Assembly: GCF_036365525.1 (NCBI RefSeq)
Contig: NC_090399.1
Coordinates: 42,812,430 to 42,876,429, forward strand
Length of the DNA stretch: 64,000 nt
DNA from: Heterodontus francisci
Taxonomy: Eukaryota
Direction: 5' to 3'
The translations under genes were made by a program, and so were the position numbers. Positions within the stretch are counted from its first letter, which is position 1. Every line of letters begins with the position of its first letter. Below are positions 24,108-35,823 of the stretch, piece by piece. The notes under the pieces were generated by a model, which did no database searches, had not been told where the DNA came from, and was given only the letters and a program-made list of their open reading frames with translations.

Positions 24108-24125
24108 TGGCATAGTCGGCAGGAT
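24108..24125 (+). promoter_or_regulatory. ERV primer-binding site, tRNA-Ser
   Basis: TGGCATAGTCGGCAGGAT versus TGGCGTAGTCGGCAGGAT, the complement of the vertebrate tRNA-Ser 3' end (ATCCTGCCGACTACGCCA). 17/18 match, 3 nt after the LTR. Confidence 0.85.
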
Positions 24126-24419
24126 CGCTGGAGGATTAAAACCGAAGCCCGAGACATCAGATCTATATCGGCACCCCGGAGGTAAGGACTCCTCTTTACG
24201 TTAAAAAGTCCTCGGCCGTTGTCTAATTTCGGTTCCCTACCACGCAATTTCGAACTTTTCTGAGGCTCGAGACCCCCTTATAAACGTCTGACTCGGCGGT
24301 ATTTGACAACATACCGACTCGGCTACAAAGCCCGCGGCTTGAGACCCCCTTCCCTCCCTGAATGAATCGATACAATGTGACGAAGACGACCGACAGTTAC
24401 CAAACACCGTCAAAGGCGG

Positions 24420-25847
24420 GCGGGCCCTGGCAGATGTTTCCAAAGATGAAATCCTTCGGCAGTTAAAAGGATATATAGAACAACAGTTGAATTTGGCTAA
24501 AACGTGTACCGAAATTGAACAGAAATATGGTGTCTCCAAGGGACAGTGGTCCTTGGAAGATATAAAGAGAGTTTGGGGAAAAATGACCCGTTTAAAGGAT
24601 AAAGAACGGACCCAACGGTCCTTGGCCGTTATGGGCCAGATCTGACAGAGTAATGAGATTATCCGACAAGCTGAACGCGACCGTGACCTGACCAATACGA
24701 AGGCGGTTTGCGAACAATTGAAGAGGGAAAAGCTTAAATCAGAAAAGTTAGAATCTGAAAACAAAGAGACAATTACGAGAAGAACAGGCAGCCCAGCCAA
24801 AGGGCCCGGGACCACCCTGCGGACCTCCACAGCCCCACTTGTACCCGAACATGGACTCATTACGCAAAGAACTACAGAAAACACAACGACGGGAAGCCGG
24901 TATAGAGGAAGCGGAGTCCTCCAGCAAGGAGAATAACTCGGATGATGAGCTTTCTTTTGCACAGCTCACCCCCTTAAAAACAGAAACGTGTTAAGGTCAA
25001 ACAGGAAAAGAAGACTACAGACGGCAATGAGGTGATCACGTCTGAGCACCAGACACACTGGATGCACGTCCCTGCGGACCCTGAGAAAATCGATAAATGG
25101 TCTGAAGAATTGCCAGACCCGAAAAAGGGAGCAGTTGGAATGTTTGAAGGGAATTTACAACCTCTACCCGTGGGACAGGGGACAGATTTTGACTGTAATG
25201 GTGCTCGGGCGAGCGGGCCGAAGACAGAACAGAGAGGTCCAAACCGCTCTGGGCGAGGACGAGCAACAACTAGATGCGGGATGGGCTGTGATTAGTCAGT
25301 GGCTGCTAGCGTTCTGCCCCGCAAAAACGGATTGGAGCAAAATTGCCGCATGTCAGCAAAAAGGTACCGAAGAGGTGCGGGAGTATGAAGAGAGGTTTAG
25401 ATCTACTTGGTTTGAATACTCGAGGATAACGGACCTTGCCCCGGAGGACTTCCGCTTCCCACGTCTGAAGTCGGCGTTTGTCACGGGATTAAAACCAGAA
25501 CTATCAAAGATGTTGAAGGTAAACCTACCGAATTGGGAAGGCACAGATATATCCTTCGCAATGTTGGTCGACCGGCCCAGTCAGCTGGACAGGGACTTGG
25601 CAGCGAAGCTCCGAGCTCTGCAGGGGGGTTGGGCATCCAGAGGCCCTGATAGGAAGCAAGATAGGTGACCTGAGACATGCCACTACTGCGGAAAGGAAGG
25701 CCATTGGGCTAAGATGTGTACAGCCAGGGGACGGGGAAGAGGACGGCACCAAGACCAGGTCCCTCCCCTGAGGGCAATGACCTTGAAGTCTTTAAACAGC
25801 TGACACCTCAGCAACGGAAAGAATTACTTGGTGCGGCAAAAAACTAG
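24420..25847 (+). pseudogene. gag: ERV gag (disrupted, start approximate)
   Basis: TDWSKIAACQQKGTEEVREYEERF (MHR-like), LKSAFVTGLKPEL, zinc knuckle CHYCGKEGHWAKMC at 25678-25719. Stops and frameshifts. Confidence 0.8.
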
Positions 25848-28800
25848 CAGAGCCCTCCCTCGCCTTCTCGGTGCCCCTCCTGGCGCTAATAGAACAACAA
25901 AGAGATGGATTGTATATAACCGTGAGGGTGGGCGATCAATATATAGACTGCCGAATGGATATCGGAGCCGAATTAACGTGTCTATCTCAACGATACAGGA
26001 ACTCTATACCGATGGACGGTAAAGTTAAGACCACCCACGGGGCTGGTGGATATGGGTTGGTGATCAGGAAAACTCAGCCCGTTCGCATTGGTCTTGGTCC
26101 ACACGAATTGATAACACCAGTCTGGATAGGTCCGGTGGACCAGGCCCTTCTGGGTATGGACGTTCTTACTCAGCTGAACTCCTCGTTGCATTTTGAAGGT
26201 GGCCAGTTAACATGGTCTATCAGAAGTCTGAAGAAGGAGGAGCTGAGGGAGCACCCAATATGGGCTCGGGATAAGAACGATTGTGGGCGACTTCAAATGG
26301 AACCGGTAACGTTTACAGGATCCGCTCCGCCCTGTACTATACAATACCCCATTAGTCCAACATCTATTGCAGGAATCTGACCCGTAATTAGACAGCTAGA
26401 GGAGCAAGGCATGCTGGTTAAAACACACAGTACCTCAAACAGCCCTGTGTAGCCAGTACGGAAACCAAACGGGACCTGACGGCTTACTGTTGACTATAGA
26501 AGGGCTAACCAGTGTATTGATCAAAAGACTCCTCTGGTAGCTGACCCCTCCACGGTATTCAATGCCCTGAGGCCGGAACATGAATGGTTCTCTGTTATCG
26601 ACATGGCCAATGGATTTTGTTCGGTGCCACTGGCACCCGAGGACCAACTGTGGTTCGCCTTTCCCGTTCGACAACAACAGTACACCTGGACCCGGCTGCC
26701 ACAGGGTTTCCACAACAGCCCTACGGTATTTCATATGGCCCTACAAAACCATTTGAGGGAGTTACCTTCCATACACTCCACGGTCATCCAGTACGTGGAC
26801 AACATCCTGTTAGCCTCTGAAACGGAAGAACAACACGAACAAGATCTGCTGGACCACCTTCATCGGAGAGGACACAAGGCCAGTATCGACAAAGCACAAA
26901 TTGCCCAAGAAGAGGTCGTGTACCTGGGACAAAAGATTTCAAATGAAAAGAGGGAACTTACCTCGGACAGGACCACAGCCATCCGGGCTGCCAAACAGCC
27001 CACCACTATCCAGGAGATTAGGTCCTTTCTGGGTTTGTGTAATTTCAACAGAAATTGAATCAACTCCTACACACAACTGGCTCAACCATTAACCGATCTC
27101 TTGAAGGGAAAGTGGGCCTCTAAAGAATCAGTTACTCTAGCCAAAGAACAAGAGGCCTTCGAAAGCTTAAAGAGGGCCTTGTGCTCGGCGCCAGCCCTGG
27201 GAATCCCCGGCAACGGGAAACCGTTTACCCTGTTTGTACATGAAAAAGAGGGATATATGACCGCCATATTGACACAGGAGCATGGGGACCAACAGAGACC
27301 TATTGGATACAATTCGAGAAAACAGGATGGGGCAGTTGTTTAAGGGCCATGGAAGCTACATGCCAAGCTGTGATGGCTACTGCAGGTCTGGTATTGGATC
27401 CAAAGCTAACAGTCAAGTGCCCGCACACTGTCCACACATTGCTGTCCATGAATAGAGAATCCCAAGTGACAGCAGCCAAATGGACCCAATGGACAACGGT
27501 CCTAGAGGCCCCCAGCCTCCATATAGTCCGAGCCAGCCTGATAAACCCAGCAACTATGCTCCCATTGCCTGGGGAGCAAGAGGGGGAAGAGCATGACTGC
27601 GTGGAGGCTATGATAGAGACAGAGAAAGTAACCTTAGCAGCAGAGGAGGCACTGCACAATCCAGATTTAATCCTTTTTACAGACAGCTCCTCCTTTGTTG
27701 ACAACGGTACCTGGAAAGCAGGATGGGCAGTTACAACCTTACACAAAGTCATGGCGACAGGATGTCTGCCCTCTGGGACGTCAGCCCAACAGGCGGAATT
27801 GCAGGTCCTGTCGGAGGCATGTCGGATAGCGGAGGGAAAGACGGCTAATATTTATATGGACTCACGATACACCTTTGGAGTTGCTCACGACATTGGTCAG
27901 TTGTGGCGTAAGAGAGGATTTCTCACTGCTGCTGGTACACCTATCCGAAACGGGGAAGAGGTTCGAGACTTGCTAGAGGCCATGCAATTACCACAAGAGG
28001 TGTCCATTCTGAAATGTAAAGCCTATACGAAGGACAATACCATAGAGGCACAGGGAAACGCCCTAACCGACCAGGCAGCCAAGGGAGCCACCTCGCAGGG
28101 TGATTCTTCGGATGTAGGGACGCAAATATGTAAACTGGGTGCACCCAGTCTGGCACAAGATCGACAAATGATGCAGAGCGAGTGCTCCAGAGACAAAAAA
28201 TGGAGATGGATAGAGGCAGGGATCAAGCGATGTGAAGACGGCATCTGAAGACAAAGGGACACCAATAGGCCAGTCGCGCCACAGGCGCTGATGTCCTTTT
28301 TAGCCCAACAGATTCACTCCTGGGGGCACCTGGCCCTGCAACAGATGACGGCTCGGTTCCAGAAAGGCTGGTGGGGTCGGGGGTTCAAAAAACAGGCCCA
28401 GCTGCTGGCTGACCGCTGTGTGGTCTGTCAGAAAAACAATCCAGGACCCACCACGATAATGCCTCAACTAAGAGCTCCTGCTCCAGCCGGCCCATTCCAG
28501 TGCTTGCAAGTTGACCATATCACTCTCCCACCTGGCCAGGGATACACCGGCATTCTCGTTATTGTCGACAGATTTTCCAGATGGTTACAGGCCGTCCCAG
28601 CCAGAAGAGCCACAGCCAACCACACCGCTATTCTGACCAAGGGACTCATTTTACAGGCGCGGTCTGTCAGGAAGTCTGTCGGCTACTGAACGTTACGTGG
28701 AATTTACACTGTCCTCAGGCGAAGTGGAGCGAATGAACCAGACCCTAAAGCAATGACTATCCAAGTATCACCAGGAAGGAATACCATGGCCCCAGGCATT

Positions 28801-29206
28801 GTCGATAGTTCTGTGCAGTATTAGGGCGACTCTGAACAGAACTACAGGCCTGAGTCCATTTGAAATAATAACAGGGAGACCCATGTCTCCGCCGGGAACA
28901 ATTGATTTGCAAAAAGCTGATTGTCACCTGATGAGTGATGGCTTACTGGAATATTGTCAGAACCTAACAAATGCTATCAGTTCTGCTTCTTCGCAGGTAT
29001 CGGCAGTTTGGGGTGACCCACCAGAAAGAGGGCACGACATCGTCCCGGGGGTCTGGGCCTACGTGAAGAAAATACATAAAGAACCATTGGGCGCCAAGTG
29101 GGAGGGACCTTTCCAGGTGCTACTGACCACCCAGGCAGCAGTTCAAGTCGAAGGGAAGAAAGCCTGGATACACGTCTCTCACGTCAAACGAGCGACCCGT
29201 GACTAA
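25838..29206 (+). pseudogene. pol: ERV pro-pol (protease, RT, RNase H, integrase; disrupted)
   Basis: MDIGAE..LLGMDVL (PR). VIDMANGF..TRLPQGFHNSP..QYVDNILLA (RT). FTDSSSF..SAQQAEL..IYMDSRY (RH). H-SWGH..CVVC, LQVDH..VDRFSRW, WEGPFQVLLTT..WIHVSHVK (IN with GPY/F module). Confidence 0.93.
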
Positions 29207-29353
29207 AGACCGACCAGTTATCAGGAAAATTAGCATTTGCCAATATGTTCAGAATTTTTATTATCCTCTTTGCATGCATTTTAAATATCTGCTTACTTTT
29301 AGCTAACCAAACCTTTCCACTTTGGGGAACTAATTGAGTGTCGGTAACAGCAT

Positions 29354-30185
29354 TTGCAACTATACTGTGTTCATAGACCCCCCCCAGGCAACAACGTCTC
29401 CATTTCCCTTTTTAATCACACAGGTCAAAACCATTGGAATCTCACGTTTCTGCCCAAGGCACTAAATGCTTCCAAATTCCCCTCCTATAGTGGCACTTAC
29501 TTTATTTGCGGCCACAAGGCCTATCCCTGGTTGCCGAAACTTTGGACAGGATCATGTTATTTGGGTTATGTTACACCTTACATCCATCACTTGACCTCCC
29601 TGCCTGTGCCACCTCACTGGTAAAGGATGAGGCGAGCTTTCACAGAGACGGAGAGATTCTTTGCGATCTTGTTTCCCTGGTATGGGACAGCTAAGCTGGC
29701 CAGGGAATCTATTAACATGGTCTCTGTTCTAGAAAAAGTTGCCAACGACACCGCTGAAGCCCTGGTTAAAATAAATACAGAAATGGTGGCTATCCGGACA
29801 GTGGCCCTTCAGAACCGAATGGCCCTAGATTTTATCCTTGCAGAAAAGGGGGGGTACTTGCGCCTTGATAGGGCCCGAATGCTGCACCTACATTCTAGAC
29901 AGCTCCAAAGAGATCTCTAATCTGGCGGAGCACATCGAAAAGGAGATAGAAAAGCTCAAACAACCCCCCAATCCCGCCTCATGGGGTTGGGCAACTGGTT
30001 GGTTGGGCTCAATAGGGACCTCAATGGTACATGGTTTGGTCTTTTTTGGTATAATCATAACTTTGTATTTTATGTTTTTGCTGATTAAGTGCTGTTGTAA
30101 ACAAGTAACTGAAGCCCCTGCCAAACTTATGCCTTTACAGAGCTCCCACCGCCCCCTCTTGTGGCACAAGTGGGCAACGTATTAA
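29354..30185 (+). pseudogene. env: ERV env remnant (SU C-terminus plus gamma-type TM)
   Basis: FICGHKAYPWLPKLWTGSCYLG, RMRR/AF cleavage, fusion peptide FFAILFPWYG, ISD LQNRMALDFILAEKGG, CX6CC (CALIGPECC), TM helix. Stop near 29621 and frameshift in the G-run near 29850. Confidence 0.9.
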
Positions 30186-30300
30186 GCGCAACCCCTCTGG
30201 GTGTTGACGGCTGTTTCTAGACAAGTAGAGACCATTAAAGGCACCAAGGTGGGATTGATGGAAAGATTCTTAAAGAAGTTTGAAGAGTCAAAGTGGGGAC

Positions 30301-30782
30301 TCTGGGGACAGATTAAAAGTAAGCTAAATCAGCAAACAAACTAACTGTGCAGTTGTGGAGCCAATTTATAAAACATAACAGCCTAAGAAGCTAACAGGAC
30401 AGCTGCAGATAGTTTAATAGTAGAGTATTGTTTAATAATCAGCCTAACAGTTCAAGGAGGGGGAATGTGAAACTACTGAAATAAAATGCAAGAATAAAAT
30501 GCTGAGTCGAATGAACCAATCATGGACTGATAATAGAAGTCTGCAAACCACTCAGAAATAAGGGGGGGGGGGGGGGAGGCGTTACTAGTTTTGTTTGAAT
30601 AACTATAAGAAAGGCTTTTATATAAGAAAGACTTGCTGCAGTGAGCACATGTTCTTTTGCATGTTCTTTGTTTTGCTTTTTGTTCTTTTGTACCCTTGCA
30701 ACGTAACAACCATATACGGCAATAAAGTTTCTAAAAGTTATGGTCGGACTTCGTCTCTCTTTGTAACCGATGGGATCCAACA
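30301..30782 (+). repeat. ERV 3' LTR (preceded by PPT-like aagagtcaaagtggggac)
   Basis: tctggggacagattaaaagt...AATAAA(30721)...gggatccaaCA. Confidence 0.9.
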
Positions 30783-31025
30783 GTTACTTACAAAATATTG
30801 TTTAGTTAATGGGAATTTTTAGTTTAGATAAATCTTGCCCTGTAATTCTTGAAATTGCTCTGGGAATGTCAGATCTTGTGTTTTACCATTAACGGTCTCA
30901 CTGAGGTGGAAACACTGTGTATCCTGGGCCTCAGCCTGTCCTGGGCTGGTAGCTCAGCACTGACCCTCCCTCCTGTGCTCCTGCTCTGAGGCTGGGTCCC
31001 CTCTAACAGTGAGAGACAGTCTTAC

Positions 31026-31289
31026 CATAAATCACCACCATCATCTCCGTCAGCCCGCTGTGCTCCACCCGACAGGAATACTCAGCCTGGTCTTCCGGAT
31101 CAAACTCTATCCATTTCCGGATCTGGTAGGTTCTGTCGTGATTGGGTAAAATCCCAGAGGACAGGATCTCATCGATCATCACTCCATCTCTCCACAGAGT
31201 CACCTCGATGGCCTGAGGGTAAAACCCAGTGACGACACAGGACAGCCGGTTAGAATCACCTGGACGTGTAAAGGACACGACGGGGGCGA
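31026..31289 (-). CDS. MHC class I heavy chain, alpha3 (Ig C1) exon
   Basis: ctctcag|(V)APVVSFTRPGDSNRLSCVVTGFYPQAIEVTLWRDG...ILPNHDRTYQIRKW...YSCRVEHSGL...IY G|gtaag. 264 nt, C1-set motifs. Confidence 0.95.
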
Positions 31290-31399
31290 CTGAGAGAGAG
31301 AAAGAGGAATCAGTACAAGAAGCTTGAGGTTGTGTGTCCCGGAGCACCCCACCCCCCCGCCAATTCACCAACTCACACTTGCCCTCAGATACCCCCACG

Positions 31400-31926
31400 A
31401 CTTCACTCACCGATTCTTGGTCCATTCATCCGCACATCCCCTCATTCACCGACTCTCAGTCCCTCCCTCCCTTCACTCTCCGACTCTCGGTCCCACCCCC
31501 CTCACTCACTCACTGACTCTCAGTCTCTCCTCCTCAATATCTCACCGACTCTCTGTCCCCCCACCTCGCTCACCGACTCTCAGTCCGTCTGTTCCCCCCC
31601 TGCTCACCGACTCAGTCCCTCCCCCTCACTCACTCACTGACTCTCAGTCCCTCCCCCTCACTCACTCACCGACTCTCAGTCCCTCCCCCTCACTCACTCA
31701 CCGACTCTCAGTCCCTCCCCCTCACTCACTCACCGACTCTCAGCCCCTCCGTCCCCCCTCGCTCACCGACTCTCAGTCCCTCCCCCTCACTCACTCACCG
31801 ACTCTCAGCCCCTCCGTCCCCCCCTCGCTCACCGACTCTCAGTCCCTCCCCCTCACTCACTCAACTCTCAGTCCCTCCCCCTCACTCACTCACTGACTCT
31901 CAGTCCCTCCGTCCCCCCTTACTCAC
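31400..31926. repeat. ~32-bp tandem repeat containing the alpha2 exon end and splice donor
   Basis: About 16 units of ctcactcaccgactctcagtccctcccc (sense: ...CTGAGAGTCG|GTGAGT...). Confidence 0.9.
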
Positions 31927-32199
31927 CGACTCTCAGTTCTCGCTGTCCGTACAGCAGGTATTTCCTCAGCCACTCAATACACTCCTCCTCCAAGTAATTC
32001 TTCCAGCCCAGATTGCCAACTCTGTCCTGGTTCCAATTGTGTTGGATGTTCTGCCCCCATGGGACCGGTGTCACCCACACCATGTGATCCTTGTCAAAGC
32101 TGAGGAAGTCTCGTCCGTCCCAGCCGTACTGGTTGAATCCAGTGCTGGTCCCATCGTCCCGCAGGTCACAGCCGGTCATCATCTGGATTGTACGGATCC
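31927..32199 (-). CDS. MHC class I heavy chain, alpha2 exon
   Basis: ttgacag|(G)IRTIQMMTGCDLRDDG...QYGWDGRDFLSFD...W...NYLEEECIEWLRKYLLYGQRELRV G|gtgagt. 273 nt, with C101/C164, W147, Y159, Y171. Confidence 0.96.
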
Positions 32200-32214
32200 C
32201 TGTCAATAAGACAC

Positions 32215-32460
32215 ACCCAGCCAATCAGACCCAGTACCGCTGGGAGCCCCCGCCCACCACAAAAACAGCCAATCAGGCACAATGACAATAGGCGACCCCA
32301 CCCACTATCCCCCAGCTAACAGCCAATCAGATCCAGTCCCACTGGGAGACCCCGCCCACCACACAGCCAATCAGCCTCTGTCCCACTGGGAGACCCCACC
32401 CACTATTCCCCAGCTAACAGCCAATCAGACCTAGTCCCACTGGGAGACCCCGCCCACTGC
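32215..32460. repeat. ~50-bp repeat with five AGCCAATCAG (CCAAT) boxes alternating with CCCCGCCC/CCCCACCC boxes
   Basis: CCAAT at 32221, 32269, 32323, 32367 and 32421. Confidence 0.8.
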
Positions 32461-32629
32461 CTGTTATTAATCACCTGGGGAGATGGGGCATTTAAAGAAG
32501 CCCCGGAACCCAACGGTGTATTTAAAAGGACAGGTGCTGTAGGATCTGTAAACTGAAAGGGCCCCAGGAAACCAATCTGTATATATAAAGAAACGTGATC
32601 TACATATTTTAAAGAGCACTTGGATGCTG

Positions 32630-33105
32630 ATCTGTCTATTTAAAAGGACACCCCTGGACCTTGTTCTGTGTATTTAAAGCAACATTCCCCCACATCCGAA
32701 CCCTGTTCTCTATTTAAAGGAGCACTCCCCCTTTTCTGGACCCTGTTCTGTATATTTACAACAACACTCACCACCACCTTCTCAAGGGCAATTCGGGATG
32801 GACAATAAATGGTGGCCTCGCCAGCAATGCCCACATCTCCCGAGCGAATGAAAAAAAAATACTGCCCTGACCCCGAGCCCTCTTTCTGTGTACTTAAAGG
32901 AACACTCCCCCACCCCCAGACCTGGTTCTGTGTATTTAAAGGAACACCACCCTGCCCCCAGACCTTGTTCTGTGTAATTAAAGGGACATTCCCCCACATC
33001 CAAACCCTGTTCTGTGTCTTTAAAGGAATACCCCACCCGGACTCTGTTCTGTGTACTTAACTGAACACTCCCGCAACCTCAAATCTTGTTCTGTATAATT
33101 TAAAA
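32630..33105. repeat. ~42-bp minisatellite (tgttctgtgtatttaaaggaacactccccc), left segment, with a LINE 3' tail inserted at ~32768-32859
   Basis: Degenerate tandem units. The same unit resumes at 34025-34043 and 38940-39400. Confidence 0.8.
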
Positions 33106-34024
33106 TGTTACGACCAGGTGAGAAATGTGTCTAGGGGTCTATTACTATCTTCACCTGGTCTAGGGGTTACTATCTTCACCTGGTCTTATTGCAACAGGGT
33201 TTAATTTTAAATACACTGTGTATTGAACTCCCCCTTTGTGAATCCTTGTTCACAACTTTCCAATTATAAGGCAAAGAAATGAGCAGAAACAGGTTTTCTT
33301 TGGTTTAAAGAAGAAAAGTGAAATTTACTAAACTTATTTAAACTTAAACTCTAAGATGGTTCACACCTACGGATATATGACACACCCATGCTAGCATGCA
33401 CAGACGATTCACACATGCAAATAGGAACAGAAAAGAGAGGAAATTATAAGGTGAAAGGTTTAAGGCAGTCTATAATGGAGGTTCTTTACTGTGCTTCGAG
33501 CTCACTTGATTGTTGGTAGTCTTGCTGTTCATCGGGGCCCAGTGTTCTTCTTAAACCTTATTCACATAGGAGAATTTTCTCTCTTTGAGGTTCACATGTT
33601 TTCACAAGATTCAATTCCCTGAGAGATGGGCAGGCAGACAGGAGAGAGATGTTCTCAGTCCAAGAGCAAACAGCCTTCTGATTTTCAAACACACTGCGGC
33701 AAGTTCAAAATTCAAACAACTCCAACAGTCAGCCAGCCATGTAATCGAACCAGTCCGGCCACATCTGTTTGTGTATTCGGCCATCTTTGCAGTTAACCTG
33801 GAATGCTAGCATTTCCACCTTCAACGCCTGGTAATCAAACGTCCACTATGGATTAAATTGGAGCAGGGAATTGCTCCTTTGTCCTTGGAAGTACTTGTCT
33901 GTTGAGATGCTAATGTCTCTTTCCAGCCAAAGTTTCTAATTGTTTTTTTAAAGCAGTTTAAAATCAAAGTTCATGTGGCAAAATTAATTTCCCTCATTCT
34001 TGGCCAGTGGGGGTTTGCCTGACA
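33106..34024. mobile_element. Solo LTR-like element (~920 bp)
   Basis: TGTTA...TGACA termini. It interrupts a minisatellite unit (aaaa|...|aaag near-TSD). The left end recurs at 11838 and the right end recurs inverted at 36919-36972. Confidence 0.7.
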
Positions 34025-35823
34025 AAAGGAACATTCCCCCACCTGCCTGGAGGGAGTTGGGATTGGCGGCGGATCTGTGAGGAACCAGTTACCAGGGAGT
34101 GTATAAAGCGAGACCCAGGCTCAGGGCCTTCACCTACCTGGAGGGAGTCGGGAGAGGCGGCGGATCTGCGAGGAACCAATTACTATGGAGTGTGCAAAGC
34201 GAGACCCAGGCTCAGGGCCTTCACCCACCTGGAGGGAGTCAGGAGAGGCGGCGGATCTACGAGGAACCTGAAGCGTATAAAGAGAGACCTAGGCTCAGGG
34301 CCTTCACTGACCTGGAGGGAGTTGGGAGAGGTGGCTGATCTGTGAAGAGCCAATTAGATGCCGGAGTTTAAAAAAAACACCATTGCATCACAGGAAAGTC
34401 ATGAGTTGATTGGCTGGTGAGTATTGCTGCTTTGAGACTGAGTTTAAACAATTGAGAATTTAAATCATTAAACATTTTAAGTATTAATCACAAGTAACAA
34501 GTGAGTAGCTGGTGAGTCTTGTCTTTTATTTTTAAATAAGCTTTATAACTATTGGTGAGGTTAATTCTACTATTGGGAACATTTTAGTATTGGTAGGATG
34601 TATTAATAGTGGTAAGGTTTATCAGTATTGGTAGTTTCTTATTAGCAATGGTAAAGTTATTATGACTATTGGTAAGGTTTATTACTACTGGTAGGATTTA
34701 TTAGTAGTAGCACGGCTTATTAGTAGCATGGTTTAATTGTAGTACCAAGGTTTATTATCTAACAGACAGAGAAATGGCAGGGTTGCTCCAACCTCTGGAG
34801 GGCACATCCTGTGTTGTGTGGGAACTCCAGGACACTTCCCATATCCTGGTAAACCATATGTGCTGGAATTGTCAGCAGTTGCAAAGCCTGAGCTCTGGGT
34901 TTCAGAACTTAAGCAACAACTGGTGTCACTGCGGAGCATCCGTGAGATTGATAGCTTTGTGGATAGCACATTTATAGATGTGGTCACCCTGCAGCTTAAC
35001 AGTGTATAGGAAAAGAGGAATAGATGACCACCAGACAGTCAGGTAGTGAAGGAGACCCCTGACTGCATCTCATTCTCCAACCAGTATTCAGTTCTGAATA
35101 CTGATGATTGTTCACCTGGGGAGTGCAGTCAGAGCCGAGGCCATGGCACCACGGGTGGCTCAGCTGCACAGGGGAGCACAATGAGGCAATAGTGATAAGA
35201 GATTCAATAGTCAGGGGAACAGACAGATGTTTCTGTGACAGCAGACGTGAATCCAGGATGGTGTGTTGCCTCCATGGTGCCAGGATCAAGGATGTCACTG
35301 GCTGCAGAGCACTCTGAGGGGAAAGAGGGAACAACCAACAGTCATGGCTCATACTGGTAACAACATAGTTAGAATGAGGGATGTGGCCCTGCAGAAAGAG
35401 TTTAGTGAGCTTGGTAAGAAATAAGCAAGTAGGACCTCAAAATTAGTCATCTCCAGACTGCTCCCAGTGCCACATGCAAATGAGTATAGAAATAGGACGA
35501 TAGTGCAGATGAATGCACGGCTGGAAAGATGTTCCAGGAGGGAGGGCTTTAGATTCCTGGGACACTGGGACCAGTTCTGGAGAAGGTGGGACCTGTCAAG
35601 ACTGGGTGGGTTGCATCTGAACAGAGCTGGGACAAATGTCCTCGTGGGGCGATTTGCTAGTGTTATTGGGGAGAGTTTAAACTAACTTGGCAGGGCTGTG
35701 GGAACAGTGAGATAATACAAGAAAGGACACCAAGATGCACAGAGAATTGAAAGAGACCGATAGCATTAGAGTAGGAAATAGGAAAGTATTACGTGATGTC
35801 TGAGTGAGAGTGTTAGTACTTGA

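Larger units (their letters stand above)
23636..30782 (+). mobile_element. Endogenous retrovirus, class I (gamma/epsilon-like), decayed LTR-gag-pro-pol-env-LTR, antisense in MHC intron 4
   Basis: Two homologous LTRs, PBS, PPT, and gag/pro/RT/RH/IN/env motifs in order. Confidence 0.95.

Noticed and set aside
24237-24962. 241-aa minus-strand ORF in the ERV
   Set aside because: Antisense to gag with no recognisable motif. Likely a shadow ORF.
31324-31896. 190-aa plus-strand Pro/Ser/His-rich ORF
   Set aside because: Translation of the intron 3 donor-site repeat on the antisense strand.
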